Assembly: GCA_934446675.1 (NCBI GenBank)
Contig: CAKSEL010000010.1
Span: forward strand, 19,861 to 83,860
DNA length: 64,000 bases
From: an uncultured Eubacteriales bacterium
GTDB taxonomy: Bacteria; Bacillota; Clostridia; Oscillospirales; CAG-382
Direction: 5' to 3'
A program made the position numbers and the translations under genes. Each line of letters opens with the position of its first letter. The stretch's first letter is position 1. The notes below the pieces were generated by a model. The model had not been told where the DNA came from and did not search any database. It was given only the letters and a program-made list of their open reading frames with translations. Positions 25,446 through 34,688 of the stretch are shown in pieces.

Positions 25446-27569
25446 ATGGCAATGGAGAAATTTTACAGGCATAATAACCTTAAACTTCACTTTTCGGGAG
25501 AAACCGGAAGTGCGTTCGGCATGAAAAGACTTGAGACTGCCGATATGGAAAACGATAACCGCGAAGCAGAACCCAAAGCGCCGTTTATTCTGAGAACGGA
25601 TAATTTCAATGTCAATATGGAGGGCTGCGCAAGTATAGTTCCGGGTACGGAAAAGCTTGTAAACAGCATCGAGGATAAGGACGGAGTTACGCTCGTGTAT
25701 GAAAAGGGCGGACTTGAAATAACCGCAGTGCTTAAATATACAGACGGTGCTGACGTTGTAAGACAGACCGTTACCGTAAAGAATACGTCGGATAAGACTC
25801 AGAAACTCACTCATGTTTCAAGTGCGCTCATAAACGGACTTTGCACCGGAGGTCTGCTTAAAATTCATGATAAGAGAAAGGTCAAGGTTCATTACTGCCT
25901 GTCGCATTGGCAGGGAGAGGCTCAGTGGAGAACTTCAAACCTTGTCGATCTCGGAATTTATCATAAGACCGCGCACGCATGGGATACAATGGGATTCCGC
26001 GTAAGCTCGACAGGTTCGTGGAGCACGGGAAGATATTATCCTCTTGTAATGCTTGAGGACGCGGAATGCGGCAAGATCTGGTATATGGAGCTTGAGGGCG
26101 CATATGACTGGACAATAGAAGTCGGAAATGAAAACGGAAAAGACGGCGGCATGCTGTTTATGGAGGCAAACTGCGCAGATCAGAATCAGAACGGCTTTGT
26201 TTACGATCTTAAACCCGGAGAGAGCTATACCGCGCCGTCCTGCGTTTACGGCTGTACGACCGGCGGCTTTGACGAGGCTGTAAGAGAACTGCTCAAATAT
26301 AAGAGAGCGACGACAAAGGGACATTGGGACGCAGAAACTCCCGCTTGTTTCAATGACTATATGGACTGTATCTGGGGACAGCCCAGCCGCGAAAAGCTTG
26401 TTCCGCTCATAGACGCCGCGTCAAAAGCCGGCTGTGAGGTTTTCTGCATGGACGCAGGCTGGTACATAGGCTCGAACGGTCTTTGGCAGGTCGATAACAG
26501 TAAATACGGCGAAGGCGGACTTGCCGGAATTATAGATTATATAAAGCAGAAAAAAATGATACCCGGAATATGGCTTGAAATTGAGTCTATAACCAAAGGA
26601 ACGCCGCTTTATCAAAAGGATCTGCTGCTTTGCAGAAACGGCGAGATAGTAAATCCCGACAGAGCAAATGCGGACTTTACGAGAAAACCGGTTCGCGACT
26701 ATATTATGGGCGTGTTCGATATGCTCTACGGTATGGGTATACGCTTTGTAAAGAACGATTATAATATGTCCGTAATGTTGGGTTCCGATAAGGACGGCGA
26801 TTGCCCGGCAGAGGGACTGCGCAAGACGACAGACGCATTCTATTCGTTTATAGACGAAGTTAAGGCAAAGTACCCCGATCTCAAAATTGAAAACTGCGGC
26901 AGCGGAGCCATGAGATGCGATAACGGTACGCTTTCGCACTTTGAACTTCAGAGCACAAGCGACCAGGAATTTTATTATAATAATACCTCTATAATTTCCG
27001 GAACTCTCGCATACCTCGCACCCGAAAAGGCAGGTATCTGGTCTTATCCTTATCCGGTAAGCTTCTATGAAAACCGCGATAAAATAAATGTCTGGGAAAA
27101 TAAGGATTATGTCGCACAGCGCGCCGACGGCGAAGAAACCGTTTATAATATGGTCAACGCTCTTATGGGTACGCTCTATCTCTCCGGCAGAATAGAACAC
27201 GCAGATAAAAAGAACTTTGCACTCGTTAAAGAGGGCGTAAAGGCGTTTAAAAAGTACCGTAAACATAATGCGTCGGCTCACCCAGTGTGGCCCTGCGGTG
27301 TGTTTAACCTCGGCGACGATAGCTTTACAAGCCTCGGTCTTGTTGATGAAAAGAATAAGAAAATGACTCTCGCCGTGTGGAGACTTAATTCGTCCGAAGA
27401 TACTATCGTTGTAGATCTCTCTAAGTACCTTGCCGCAAACAGTAAAGTATCTCTCGCTTATCCCTCCGATCCTATGGGCGCTGAATTCGTATATAATCCT
27501 TTCTCTAAACTCCTTACCGTTAAACTCCCTAAACGCTGCTCCGCAAGATTCTTTGAAATAAGAATATAG
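25446..27569 (+). CDS. Alpha-galactosidase (GH36)
   Basis: FVKNDYNM and ENCGSGAMRCD motifs, ~700 aa. ATG 25452 has better SD spacing than ATG 25446. Confidence 0.85.
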   Translation: MAMEKFYRHNNLKLHFSGETGSAFGMKRLETADMENDNREAEPKAPFILRTDNFNVNMEGCASIVPGTEKLVNSIEDKDGVTLVYEKGGLEITAVLKYTDGADVVRQTVTVKNTSDKTQKLTHVSSALINGLCTGGLLKIHDKRKVKVHYCLSHWQGEAQWRTSNLVDLGIYHKTAHAWDTMGFRVSSTGSWSTGRYYPLVMLEDAECGKIWYMELEGAYDWTIEVGNENGKDGGMLFMEANCADQNQNGFVYDLKPGESYTAPSCVYGCTTGGFDEAVRELLKYKRATTKGHWDAETPACFNDYMDCIWGQPSREKLVPLIDAASKAGCEVFCMDAGWYIGSNGLWQVDNSKYGEGGLAGIIDYIKQKKMIPGIWLEIESITKGTPLYQKDLLLCRNGEIVNPDRANADFTRKPVRDYIMGVFDMLYGMGIRFVKNDYNMSVMLGSDKDGDCPAEGLRKTTDAFYSFIDEVKAKYPDLKIENCGSGAMRCDNGTLSHFELQSTSDQEFYYNNTSIISGTLAYLAPEKAGIWSYPYPVSFYENRDKINVWENKDYVAQRADGEETVYNMVNALMGTLYLSGRIEHADKKNFALVKEGVKAFKKYRKHNASAHPVWPCGVFNLGDDSFTSLGLVDEKNKKMTLAVWRLNSSEDTIVVDLSKYLAANSKVSLAYPSDPMGAEFVYNPFSKLLTVKLPKRCSARFFEIRI

Positions 27570-28282
27570 TTTTTGTCCCGAAGGGGTACGAGGAATACGC
27601 GCTTTCTTTTTAAAAAGAAAGCTGCAAAGAAAACGGTAGCCCTTAAATAAGAATAGAATTGTGGGATACTCCCTGCCGCCAGCTTGTTCCGTCCGCAGTC
27701 AAACAGCAGGACTGCGGACTCAGATATAAATAAGGTGCCGAAGTAAACTATGGAAATTGTGTACGGACGATAACTTTGAAAAGTGAAATTGCTCCGCACC
27801 AACAAAACAAAAAACTAACATCTGTAAAAGTCATCTCGCGCAAGCGAGCTGGGCAGAAAAACGAGTCCTGTTGACTGTGAAATAGCTCAAAAAAATTACT
27901 TTTTTGCACCCAAAATAAAGTTTACGCAGACCGCAGCGTGACATGGCATAAAAATCCGGAATTATGTCAACTAAACCGTGTTTAGATACCAACCCCATCG
28001 AGCAGTGCGGAGCATCTGCGAGCGATGATAGAGAATTTCGGAGGTGCGCGGAGGCTTTACCGACAATAGTTTGATGTGTGGAAACATAGCCACGCTTTCG
28101 CGGCGGCGTTTGAGCCGCGAAAATCTTTTGTTTACACTCTTTAGAGCGCGACTTTTTCGATTCCGAAAAGTCGGAGAATAAAGCTGCAAGTGGCAGTGAA
28201 TAATCCGTTTCCTCCTAAACTTAAGAAACAATCAGCCCAAATAATCAGTACCCTGAAAAAAGTAGAGAAAGGAAGATACCCG
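27570..28282 (+). repeat. Mosaic intergenic repeat, copy 8 (713 bp)
   Basis: A palindrome 27601-27622, hairpin B allele i 27691-27719, hairpin C with GCAA loop 27835-27848, V, D allele b, S3 and one E+F+Z unit. It ends GAAAGGAAGATACCCG just before TTG 28283. Confidence 0.93.
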
Positions 28283-29521
28283 TTGACGGAACAAATTTTC
28301 CAAAACGCTAAACGCGCGGCATATAACTGCGCAAACCTGCCGTCCGATGTAAAAAATAACGCGGTAAAAAATATAGCCGCAGTAATAAAACAAAACGCAA
28401 AAGAAATAATAGAGGCAAATAAAATCGACCTTGAAAACGCAAAAAAGACAGGAATTTCGGCGGCAATGCTCGATAGACTCCGCTTTGATGAGAAAAAGAT
28501 CGACGCCGTTGTAAACTCTCTGTTTAAAGTCGCGGCACTTCCCGACCCTGTCGGAACGGGTACCGTGCAGACGCGCCCGAACGGACTTGAAATTCAAAAG
28601 GTGCGTACGCCGCTCGGAGTTGTGGGTATAATCTTTGAGGCAAGACCTAATGTTACCGTTGACGCGGCAAGTCTTTGCCTGAAAACAGGTAACGCTTGTA
28701 TACTCCGCGGAGGAAAAGAGGCGGTAAATACAAACGTCGCACTCGGTAAGGCTATATCTCAGGCTTGCGTGCAGTCGGGCGTAGATGAATTTGCCGTACA
28801 GGTCGTTTCCGATACCTCGCGTGACAGCGCAAACGCTCTCATGACCGCAAACGGATATGTAGACGTGCTTATTCCGAGAGGCGGTAAAGGTCTTATAAAC
28901 AGCGTCGTAAAAAATGCAACCGTTCCGGTTATCGAAACCGGCGCAGGTAACTGCCATGTCTACGTAGACCGGTACGCTGACCTCGATATGGCGCTTAAAA
29001 TCACCGATAACGCTAAAAATCAGCGCCCGTCGGTGTGTAATGCCGCGGAAAGCCTGTTGGTTCACAGTAAAGTCGCACATGAATTTCTGCCGAAACTTAA
29101 AAAGCTGTTTGATGAAAGAAAAACCGAACTTCGCGGCTGTGACAGAACGCTTGAAATATTGCCGGGTATCGCGCACGCGTCGGACGAGGACTTTTATACC
29201 GAGTATAATGACTATATCATGTCGGTGAAGATCGTCGATAGCGTTCAAGAGGCTGTCGCGCATATAAATGAACATAGCACTCACCATAGCGAGACAATAA
29301 TTACCGAAAATATGCAGAATGCACAGTTCTTTACCCAAAATACGGATTCAGCGGCTGTCTATGTAAATGCCTCCACACGCTTTACCGACGGAGAAGAATT
29401 CGGACTCGGCGCGGAAATAGGAATAGCAACCCAGAAACTCCACGCAAGAGGTCCTATGGGACTTGAGGCGCTTACAACAGTAAAATATATCGTACACGGA
29501 AACGGACAGATAAGAAACTGA
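28283..29521 (+). CDS. proA: Gamma-glutamyl phosphate reductase
   Basis: GVVGIIFEARPNVTVDAASLCLKTGNACILRGGKEA and STRFTDGEEFGLGAEIGIATQKLHARGPMGLEALT. The ORF-track start at 28190 lies inside the repeat. TTG 28283 aligns with the ProA N-terminus and follows the SD. Confidence 0.93.
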   Translation: MTEQIFQNAKRAAYNCANLPSDVKNNAVKNIAAVIKQNAKEIIEANKIDLENAKKTGISAAMLDRLRFDEKKIDAVVNSLFKVAALPDPVGTGTVQTRPNGLEIQKVRTPLGVVGIIFEARPNVTVDAASLCLKTGNACILRGGKEAVNTNVALGKAISQACVQSGVDEFAVQVVSDTSRDSANALMTANGYVDVLIPRGGKGLINSVVKNATVPVIETGAGNCHVYVDRYADLDMALKITDNAKNQRPSVCNAAESLLVHSKVAHEFLPKLKKLFDERKTELRGCDRTLEILPGIAHASDEDFYTEYNDYIMSVKIVDSVQEAVAHINEHSTHHSETIITENMQNAQFFTQNTDSAAVYVNASTRFTDGEEFGLGAEIGIATQKLHARGPMGLEALTTVKYIVHGNGQIRN

Positions 29522-29552
29522 AATTTATAAATTAAAGGGGAGATTATAAATT

Positions 29553-31895
29553 ATGTTTTCAAAGAATTTCTACGGTGCGGGTAAGGAATACTGCACCTAC
29601 GACAAGCACGTAAACGCACCGTATCTGCGCCGCACATTTGAACTGGATAATATTCCGGAAACCGCGTCGCTCAAGATAACTTCTTCGGGTTTTTATGAAC
29701 TGTACATAAACGGAGAAAAGATAACAAAGTGTCCGCTGTCGCCGTATATCACAAATCCCGACAGCGTGCTGGTGTATGATACTTATGACCTTAAACCGTA
29801 TCTTAAAAGCGGAGAAAACTGCATAGGCATTATTCTCGGAAACGGACTTGTAAACTGCCTCGGCGGATTTATCTGGGACTTTGAGAAAGCGCCTTACAGG
29901 GCGGCACCGTCGGCAGCGTTTTACTTTGAGGCAAAGAACGGCGATAAGACCGTGCTCAGCTTTGAGGCGGACGAGAATATAAAAACTCACCCGTCGCCGA
30001 TACTCTTTGACGATCTCCGCAGCGGCGTTATATATGACGCGCGCCTTGAAATTCCCGACTGGTGTAAGCCGGGCTTTGACGATAAAGACTGGACGCCTGC
30101 AATAAAGGCGGATACTCTCAGAGGCGAGCCTGTCGATTTCGATACCGATAAGCTATCTTTCTCGGAAATACTCGACGCCGTAAGCTTTGAGCAAGGTAAG
30201 GAGCAGGAGGTTCAGATACCGAGCTGCAAACGTCCCATGCCGCCGTCTGTACCCGTTATGGAAAACGATAAACAGGGCTATGTGTACGATTTCGGCAAGA
30301 ACAGCGCCGGTATTCCGATTTTTAAGATCAAAGGAAAACCCGGACAGATGATAGCTCTTCAGTTTTCGGAATATTTCCGCGGCGGAGTTTATTCGTATGA
30401 GAATATAAACAGATTTTACCCCGACGGATATACCCAGAGAGATTATTATATCTGCCGCGGAGACGGCAGCGAGGAAACTTTCATGCCGCCGTTTACATAT
30501 CACGGAGCGCAGTACTGCACCGTTATCGGCGCGGAGAAAGAACAGCTCGATATAGATACGGTCAAATTCTGCGTTATACATTCGGATTTTGTTTCAAGAG
30601 GAGATTTTGACTGCTCGGACAGAATTGCGTCTGAACTGCAGAAAGCCGTAAGAAGAAGCGACCTTGCAAACTTCGTATATTTCCCGACAGATTGTCCGCA
30701 CCGCGAAAAGAACGGCTGGACGGGAGACGCGTCAATGTCTGCGGAACAGTTCACACTCAATTTCGGCGTTGAAAAGAGCTTAAAATTCTGGATGCGCCTT
30801 ATACGTCAGTCGCAGAGAATTGACGGCGCGATAGCCGGAATAGTGCCGACGTCGGGCTGGGGATATGCCTGGGGCAACGGTCCTATCTGGGACTCGGTAA
30901 TCGTCGAGCTGCCATATCAGACGTATAAATACCGCGGAGATATTTCGATGTTTAAGGAAAACGCGGATATGGTGCTGCGTTATCTTCATTACGCCGCGAA
31001 AAAGCGTAATAAGAGAGGGCTTTGCGCATTCGGACTTACCGACTGGGTTCAGCCGGGATATGACAGCGCAAATCCGACAACTCCTCAGGTCGTTACCGAT
31101 ACGTTTATGCTTGTAAATATCTGCCGGAAAGCCGGAATTATGTTCGCCGCGGCAGGACTTAAAGCCGAGAGCGACTATGCGTATGCGCTTATGAACGAGT
31201 ACAGAAACGCCGCAAGGGAATATCTTGTCGATCTCAATACAATGACCGCACTCGGAGAAACGCAGTGCGCACAGAGCGCCGCAATATACTATGAGATATT
31301 CGATAAGGCGGAAATTCCCGAGGCAGGGCGCAGACTTGTGGAAATCGTGCATAGAGCAAATGACGTTTTTGACTGCGGAATGCTCGGTGTAAGGCTTGTG
31401 TTTAATGTGCTTGCGGATCTCGGATATGCCGATCTTGCGTATAAGATGATCACGCGTTCCGATGTGCGCGGATATGGTATATGGATTGAAAAGTTCGGTA
31501 TCTCCACACTTCCCGAATCGTTCCATGATACTATCGACGGATTTACCACCTCTCTTGATCATCATTTTCTCGGTGATATTTCTGATTTCTTTATTACAAA
31601 AATTGCAGGTATTCGTGTAAATCCTAAACTTGATGACGCAAATTATGTCGAAATCAGACCGAATTTTGTTAAAACGCTTGACAGCGCCTGCGCACACTAC
31701 GATACCGTTTCCGGTAAAGTCTCGGTTTCCTGGAAACGCTCTCCCGACGGTACTGTCTCAGTTTCCGTCGATAAACCCGATGCGGTCAGAGTAAATCTCT
31801 TCCTCCCTAAAGGCTTTGTCTGCACTACTCCCGGTTTCTATCGCGGCAAATCAGCTCTCCTTAACTTCTCCGGCGTAACAGACGCAAAGGAGTAA
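29553..31895 (+). CDS. Alpha-L-rhamnosidase (GH78)
   Basis: YFPTDCPHREKNGWTGDA catalytic-domain motif. 780 aa. Confidence 0.88.
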   Translation: MFSKNFYGAGKEYCTYDKHVNAPYLRRTFELDNIPETASLKITSSGFYELYINGEKITKCPLSPYITNPDSVLVYDTYDLKPYLKSGENCIGIILGNGLVNCLGGFIWDFEKAPYRAAPSAAFYFEAKNGDKTVLSFEADENIKTHPSPILFDDLRSGVIYDARLEIPDWCKPGFDDKDWTPAIKADTLRGEPVDFDTDKLSFSEILDAVSFEQGKEQEVQIPSCKRPMPPSVPVMENDKQGYVYDFGKNSAGIPIFKIKGKPGQMIALQFSEYFRGGVYSYENINRFYPDGYTQRDYYICRGDGSEETFMPPFTYHGAQYCTVIGAEKEQLDIDTVKFCVIHSDFVSRGDFDCSDRIASELQKAVRRSDLANFVYFPTDCPHREKNGWTGDASMSAEQFTLNFGVEKSLKFWMRLIRQSQRIDGAIAGIVPTSGWGYAWGNGPIWDSVIVELPYQTYKYRGDISMFKENADMVLRYLHYAAKKRNKRGLCAFGLTDWVQPGYDSANPTTPQVVTDTFMLVNICRKAGIMFAAAGLKAESDYAYALMNEYRNAAREYLVDLNTMTALGETQCAQSAAIYYEIFDKAEIPEAGRRLVEIVHRANDVFDCGMLGVRLVFNVLADLGYADLAYKMITRSDVRGYGIWIEKFGISTLPESFHDTIDGFTTSLDHHFLGDISDFFITKIAGIRVNPKLDDANYVEIRPNFVKTLDSACAHYDTVSGKVSVSWKRSPDGTVSVSVDKPDAVRVNLFLPKGFVCTTPGFYRGKSALLNFSGVTDAKE

Positions 31896-32730
31896 GGAGT
31901 ACGCAGGAGAACGCGCTTTCTTTTTAAAAAGAAAGCTGCAAAGAAAACAATAGCCCCTAATTTAGAAAAGAATTGTGGGATACTCTCTGCCGCCAGCTTG
32001 TACCGTCCGCAGTCAAACAGCAGGACTGCGGACTAAGATGTAAACAGGTGCGTGAGTAAACTATGGAAATTGTGTACTAATGGCAGCTTTGGAAAGTGAA
32101 ATAATTACGCACAAACGAAATAAATCCCAAATTTCACTTTGCACCCACGAAACAAAAAACTAAAATTCAGCAAAGTCATCTCGCGTAAGCGAGCTGGGCA
32201 GAAAAACGAGCCCTGTTGACTGCAAAATAACTTGAGAAAATTACTTTTTTGCACTCGAAATAAAGTTTACGCAGACCGTAACGTGACATGGCATAAAAGT
32301 TTGGCATTATGTCAACTAAACCGTGTTTAGATACCAACCCCATCGAGCAGTGCGGAGCATCTGCGAGCGATTTCGCCGTAGGTTACGTGGACGCACCGTA
32401 GTAACAAGTGGTCGTTTTGGTAAGGGTTTTGGAGGGGAAGAATGTGCGTTTAGGGCGAAATCCTCCACGTAGCCACGCTTTCGCGGCGGCGTTTGAGCCG
32501 CGAAAATCTTTTGTTACCTTTTCGATTCCGAAAAGTAAGCATATAAAGTCGCACTTTGAAGAAAGTAATCCGTTTCCGCCCAAACCAAGCAAAAATAAGC
32601 CAAACGTAAAACATCTTTTCACTTTTCGATTCCGAAAAGAGGAGATATAAGGTTGCAATTGGAAGTGAATGTCCCGCTTCAGCCCAAAATAATCAAAAAA
32701 AGAAAATAGAAGAAGAAAAGAGGAGTCCCC
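31896..32730 (+). repeat. Mosaic intergenic repeat, copy 9 (835 bp)
   Basis: A palindrome 31915-31936, hairpin B allele i 32005-32033, C, V, D allele b, S2, E and two Z units. It ends AAGAGGAGTCCCC just before GTG 32731. Confidence 0.93.
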
Positions 32731-33756
32731 GTGAAGTTCTCGGTAGTAGGAATCCAGCACCCGCATATATACGGAATGACAAGTGAACTTGTCGCACATG
32801 GCGCAGAACTCGTCTCGGCGTATGATAGCGATAAGATAGCACTTGACGCGTTCGTAAAAAAGTACCCGGGCGTAAAGCCGGTAAGATGCGAAGAAGAAAT
32901 ACTTGAAGATAAAAATGTTCAGCTCGTGGCAGGCGCCGCCGTTACGTCCGAAAGAGCCGATATAGGTATACGCACAATGAACGCAGGTAAAGATTATTTT
33001 ACCGATAAAGGTCCGTTTACGTCGTTTGAACAGCTTGAAAGAGTAAAGCAGACAGTAAAGCAGACCGGAAAAAAGTATATGGTTTGTTATAGCGAAAGAC
33101 TTCAGAATTCAAGCGCTGAAATGGCAGGAATGATGATAAAGCGCGGAGATATAGGAAAAGTCGTTCAGGTCGTAAGTATGGGACCGCACAGACTTAACGC
33201 AAAGTCAAGACCGGAGTGGTTCTGGCAAAAAGAAAAGTTCGGCGGTATACTCGATGATATATGCTCGCATCAGTTTGAACAGTTTTTGTATTTCACAGGC
33301 GCAGATAAGGCAAGCGTGGTTTCGGCAAGAGTCGAAAACTTCGCACACCCCGAGTACCCCGAATTTGAAGATTTCGGTGAAGCAAGCCTTGTCGCCGATA
33401 ACGGGGCGTCGGGATACGTAAAGGTCGATTGGTTCACACCCGACGGACTTGATACGTGGGGCGACGGCAGAGCTTTTGTAATAGGCACGGACGGATATAT
33501 CGAACTCAGAAAAACCATAGATATATGCGGAAGACCGGGTGCAAATCACCTGTTTGTGACTACAAATAAGCAAAAAACAACGTATGTTGACGCAAATTCT
33601 TTCGGACACCCGTTCTTTGACGCGTTTATAAAGGACTGCCAAGAACGTACCGAAAACGCAATGACTCAGGAACACGTCTGGGAGAGCGCAAGACTTACGC
33701 TTGAAGCTCAGCAAAAAGCCGATGAATTCAGAAAAAAACTAAAAAATATGCTTTAA
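32731..33756 (+). CDS. Gfo/Idh/MocA-family oxidoreductase
   Basis: 341 aa. Family-level resemblance by eye (N-terminal Rossmann-like half, C-terminal alpha/beta domain). GTG start. Confidence 0.8.
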   Translation: MKFSVVGIQHPHIYGMTSELVAHGAELVSAYDSDKIALDAFVKKYPGVKPVRCEEEILEDKNVQLVAGAAVTSERADIGIRTMNAGKDYFTDKGPFTSFEQLERVKQTVKQTGKKYMVCYSERLQNSSAEMAGMMIKRGDIGKVVQVVSMGPHRLNAKSRPEWFWQKEKFGGILDDICSHQFEQFLYFTGADKASVVSARVENFAHPEYPEFEDFGEASLVADNGASGYVKVDWFTPDGLDTWGDGRAFVIGTDGYIELRKTIDICGRPGANHLFVTTNKQKTTYVDANSFGHPFFDAFIKDCQERTENAMTQEHVWESARLTLEAQQKADEFRKKLKNML

Positions 33757-33779
33757 AGTAAAAAAGGCGGTAAACATCA

Positions 33780-34598
33780 ATGGAAAAAGCGCATAACAGA
33801 GTTGTCGTAAAGGTAGGAACCTCGACGCTTACATACGATAACGGCGGAATCAATATCAAGACAATAGATAAGCTTTGTCAGGTGCTGTCGGCTCTGAGAA
33901 ATTCGGGATATGAAATAATCCTTGTTTCGTCGGGAGCGATAGCTGTGGGCGTAAATAAAATGAGACTTGCCGAACGCCCGAAAGAGATAAGAATGAAACA
34001 GGCTGCTGCTGCCGTAGGTCAGTGCGAGCTTATGCACCTGTACGATAAAATGTTCAGCGAATACGGAAATATGGTGGCTCAGATACTGCTTACAAGCGAG
34101 GACTTCGAGGCGGATGATAAAAGAGAAAATCTGCGCAATACCTTTTCCGCACTGCTCGAAAACGGCATTATTCCGATAGTCAATGAAAACGACTCGGTAA
34201 GCCATACCGAAATAGAGTCGCCCAAAAAGCTGTTCGGCGATAACGATACGCTCAGCGCCGTTGTTGCGGTAATGTGCGGCGCGGATAAGCTTATAATACT
34301 TTCGGATATTGAGGGACTGTACGATAAAGATCCGCATAAATGTGCCGACGCAAAGCTGATAAATACCGTTGACAGCATAGACGGCGATATTATGTCGCTG
34401 GCAAACGGCGCAGGCACCGCAAGAGGAACCGGCGGTATGATAACAAAGCTCGACGCGGCAAAGCTTGTAACGTCGCACGGGATAGATATGTATATAAATC
34501 TCGGCAAATATCCCGAAAGACTGTATGAAATTCTGTCCGGCGTCGATACCGGAACGCGTTTCAAGGCTTGTAAAAATATCGGGAACGATACTCTCTGA
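33780..34598 (+). CDS. proB: Glutamate 5-kinase (short form, no PUA domain)
   Basis: VVVKVGTSTLT, ILVSSGAIAVG and FGDNDTLSA motifs. 272 aa. Confidence 0.93.
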   Translation: MEKAHNRVVVKVGTSTLTYDNGGINIKTIDKLCQVLSALRNSGYEIILVSSGAIAVGVNKMRLAERPKEIRMKQAAAAVGQCELMHLYDKMFSEYGNMVAQILLTSEDFEADDKRENLRNTFSALLENGIIPIVNENDSVSHTEIESPKKLFGDNDTLSAVVAVMCGADKLIILSDIEGLYDKDPHKCADAKLINTVDSIDGDIMSLANGAGTARGTGGMITKLDAAKLVTSHGIDMYINLGKYPERLYEILSGVDTGTRFKACKNIGNDTL

Positions 34599-34628
34599 AT
34601 AAACTTTGCGGATAAAAAGGCATAATTT

Positions 34629-34670
34629 AAGCCCTGTACGTTTTTTGCAGCGTACCGGGCTTGTTTTGTT
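34629..34670. terminator. Bidirectional terminator candidate between convergent proB and polA
   Basis: AAGCCCTGTACG (34629-34640) pairs with CGTACCGGGCTT (34651-34662) at 11/12 positions. It is followed by GTTTTGTTTC on the + strand and preceded by an A-rich tract. Confidence 0.7.
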
Positions 34671-34688
34671 TCTGACCTGATATAATTT

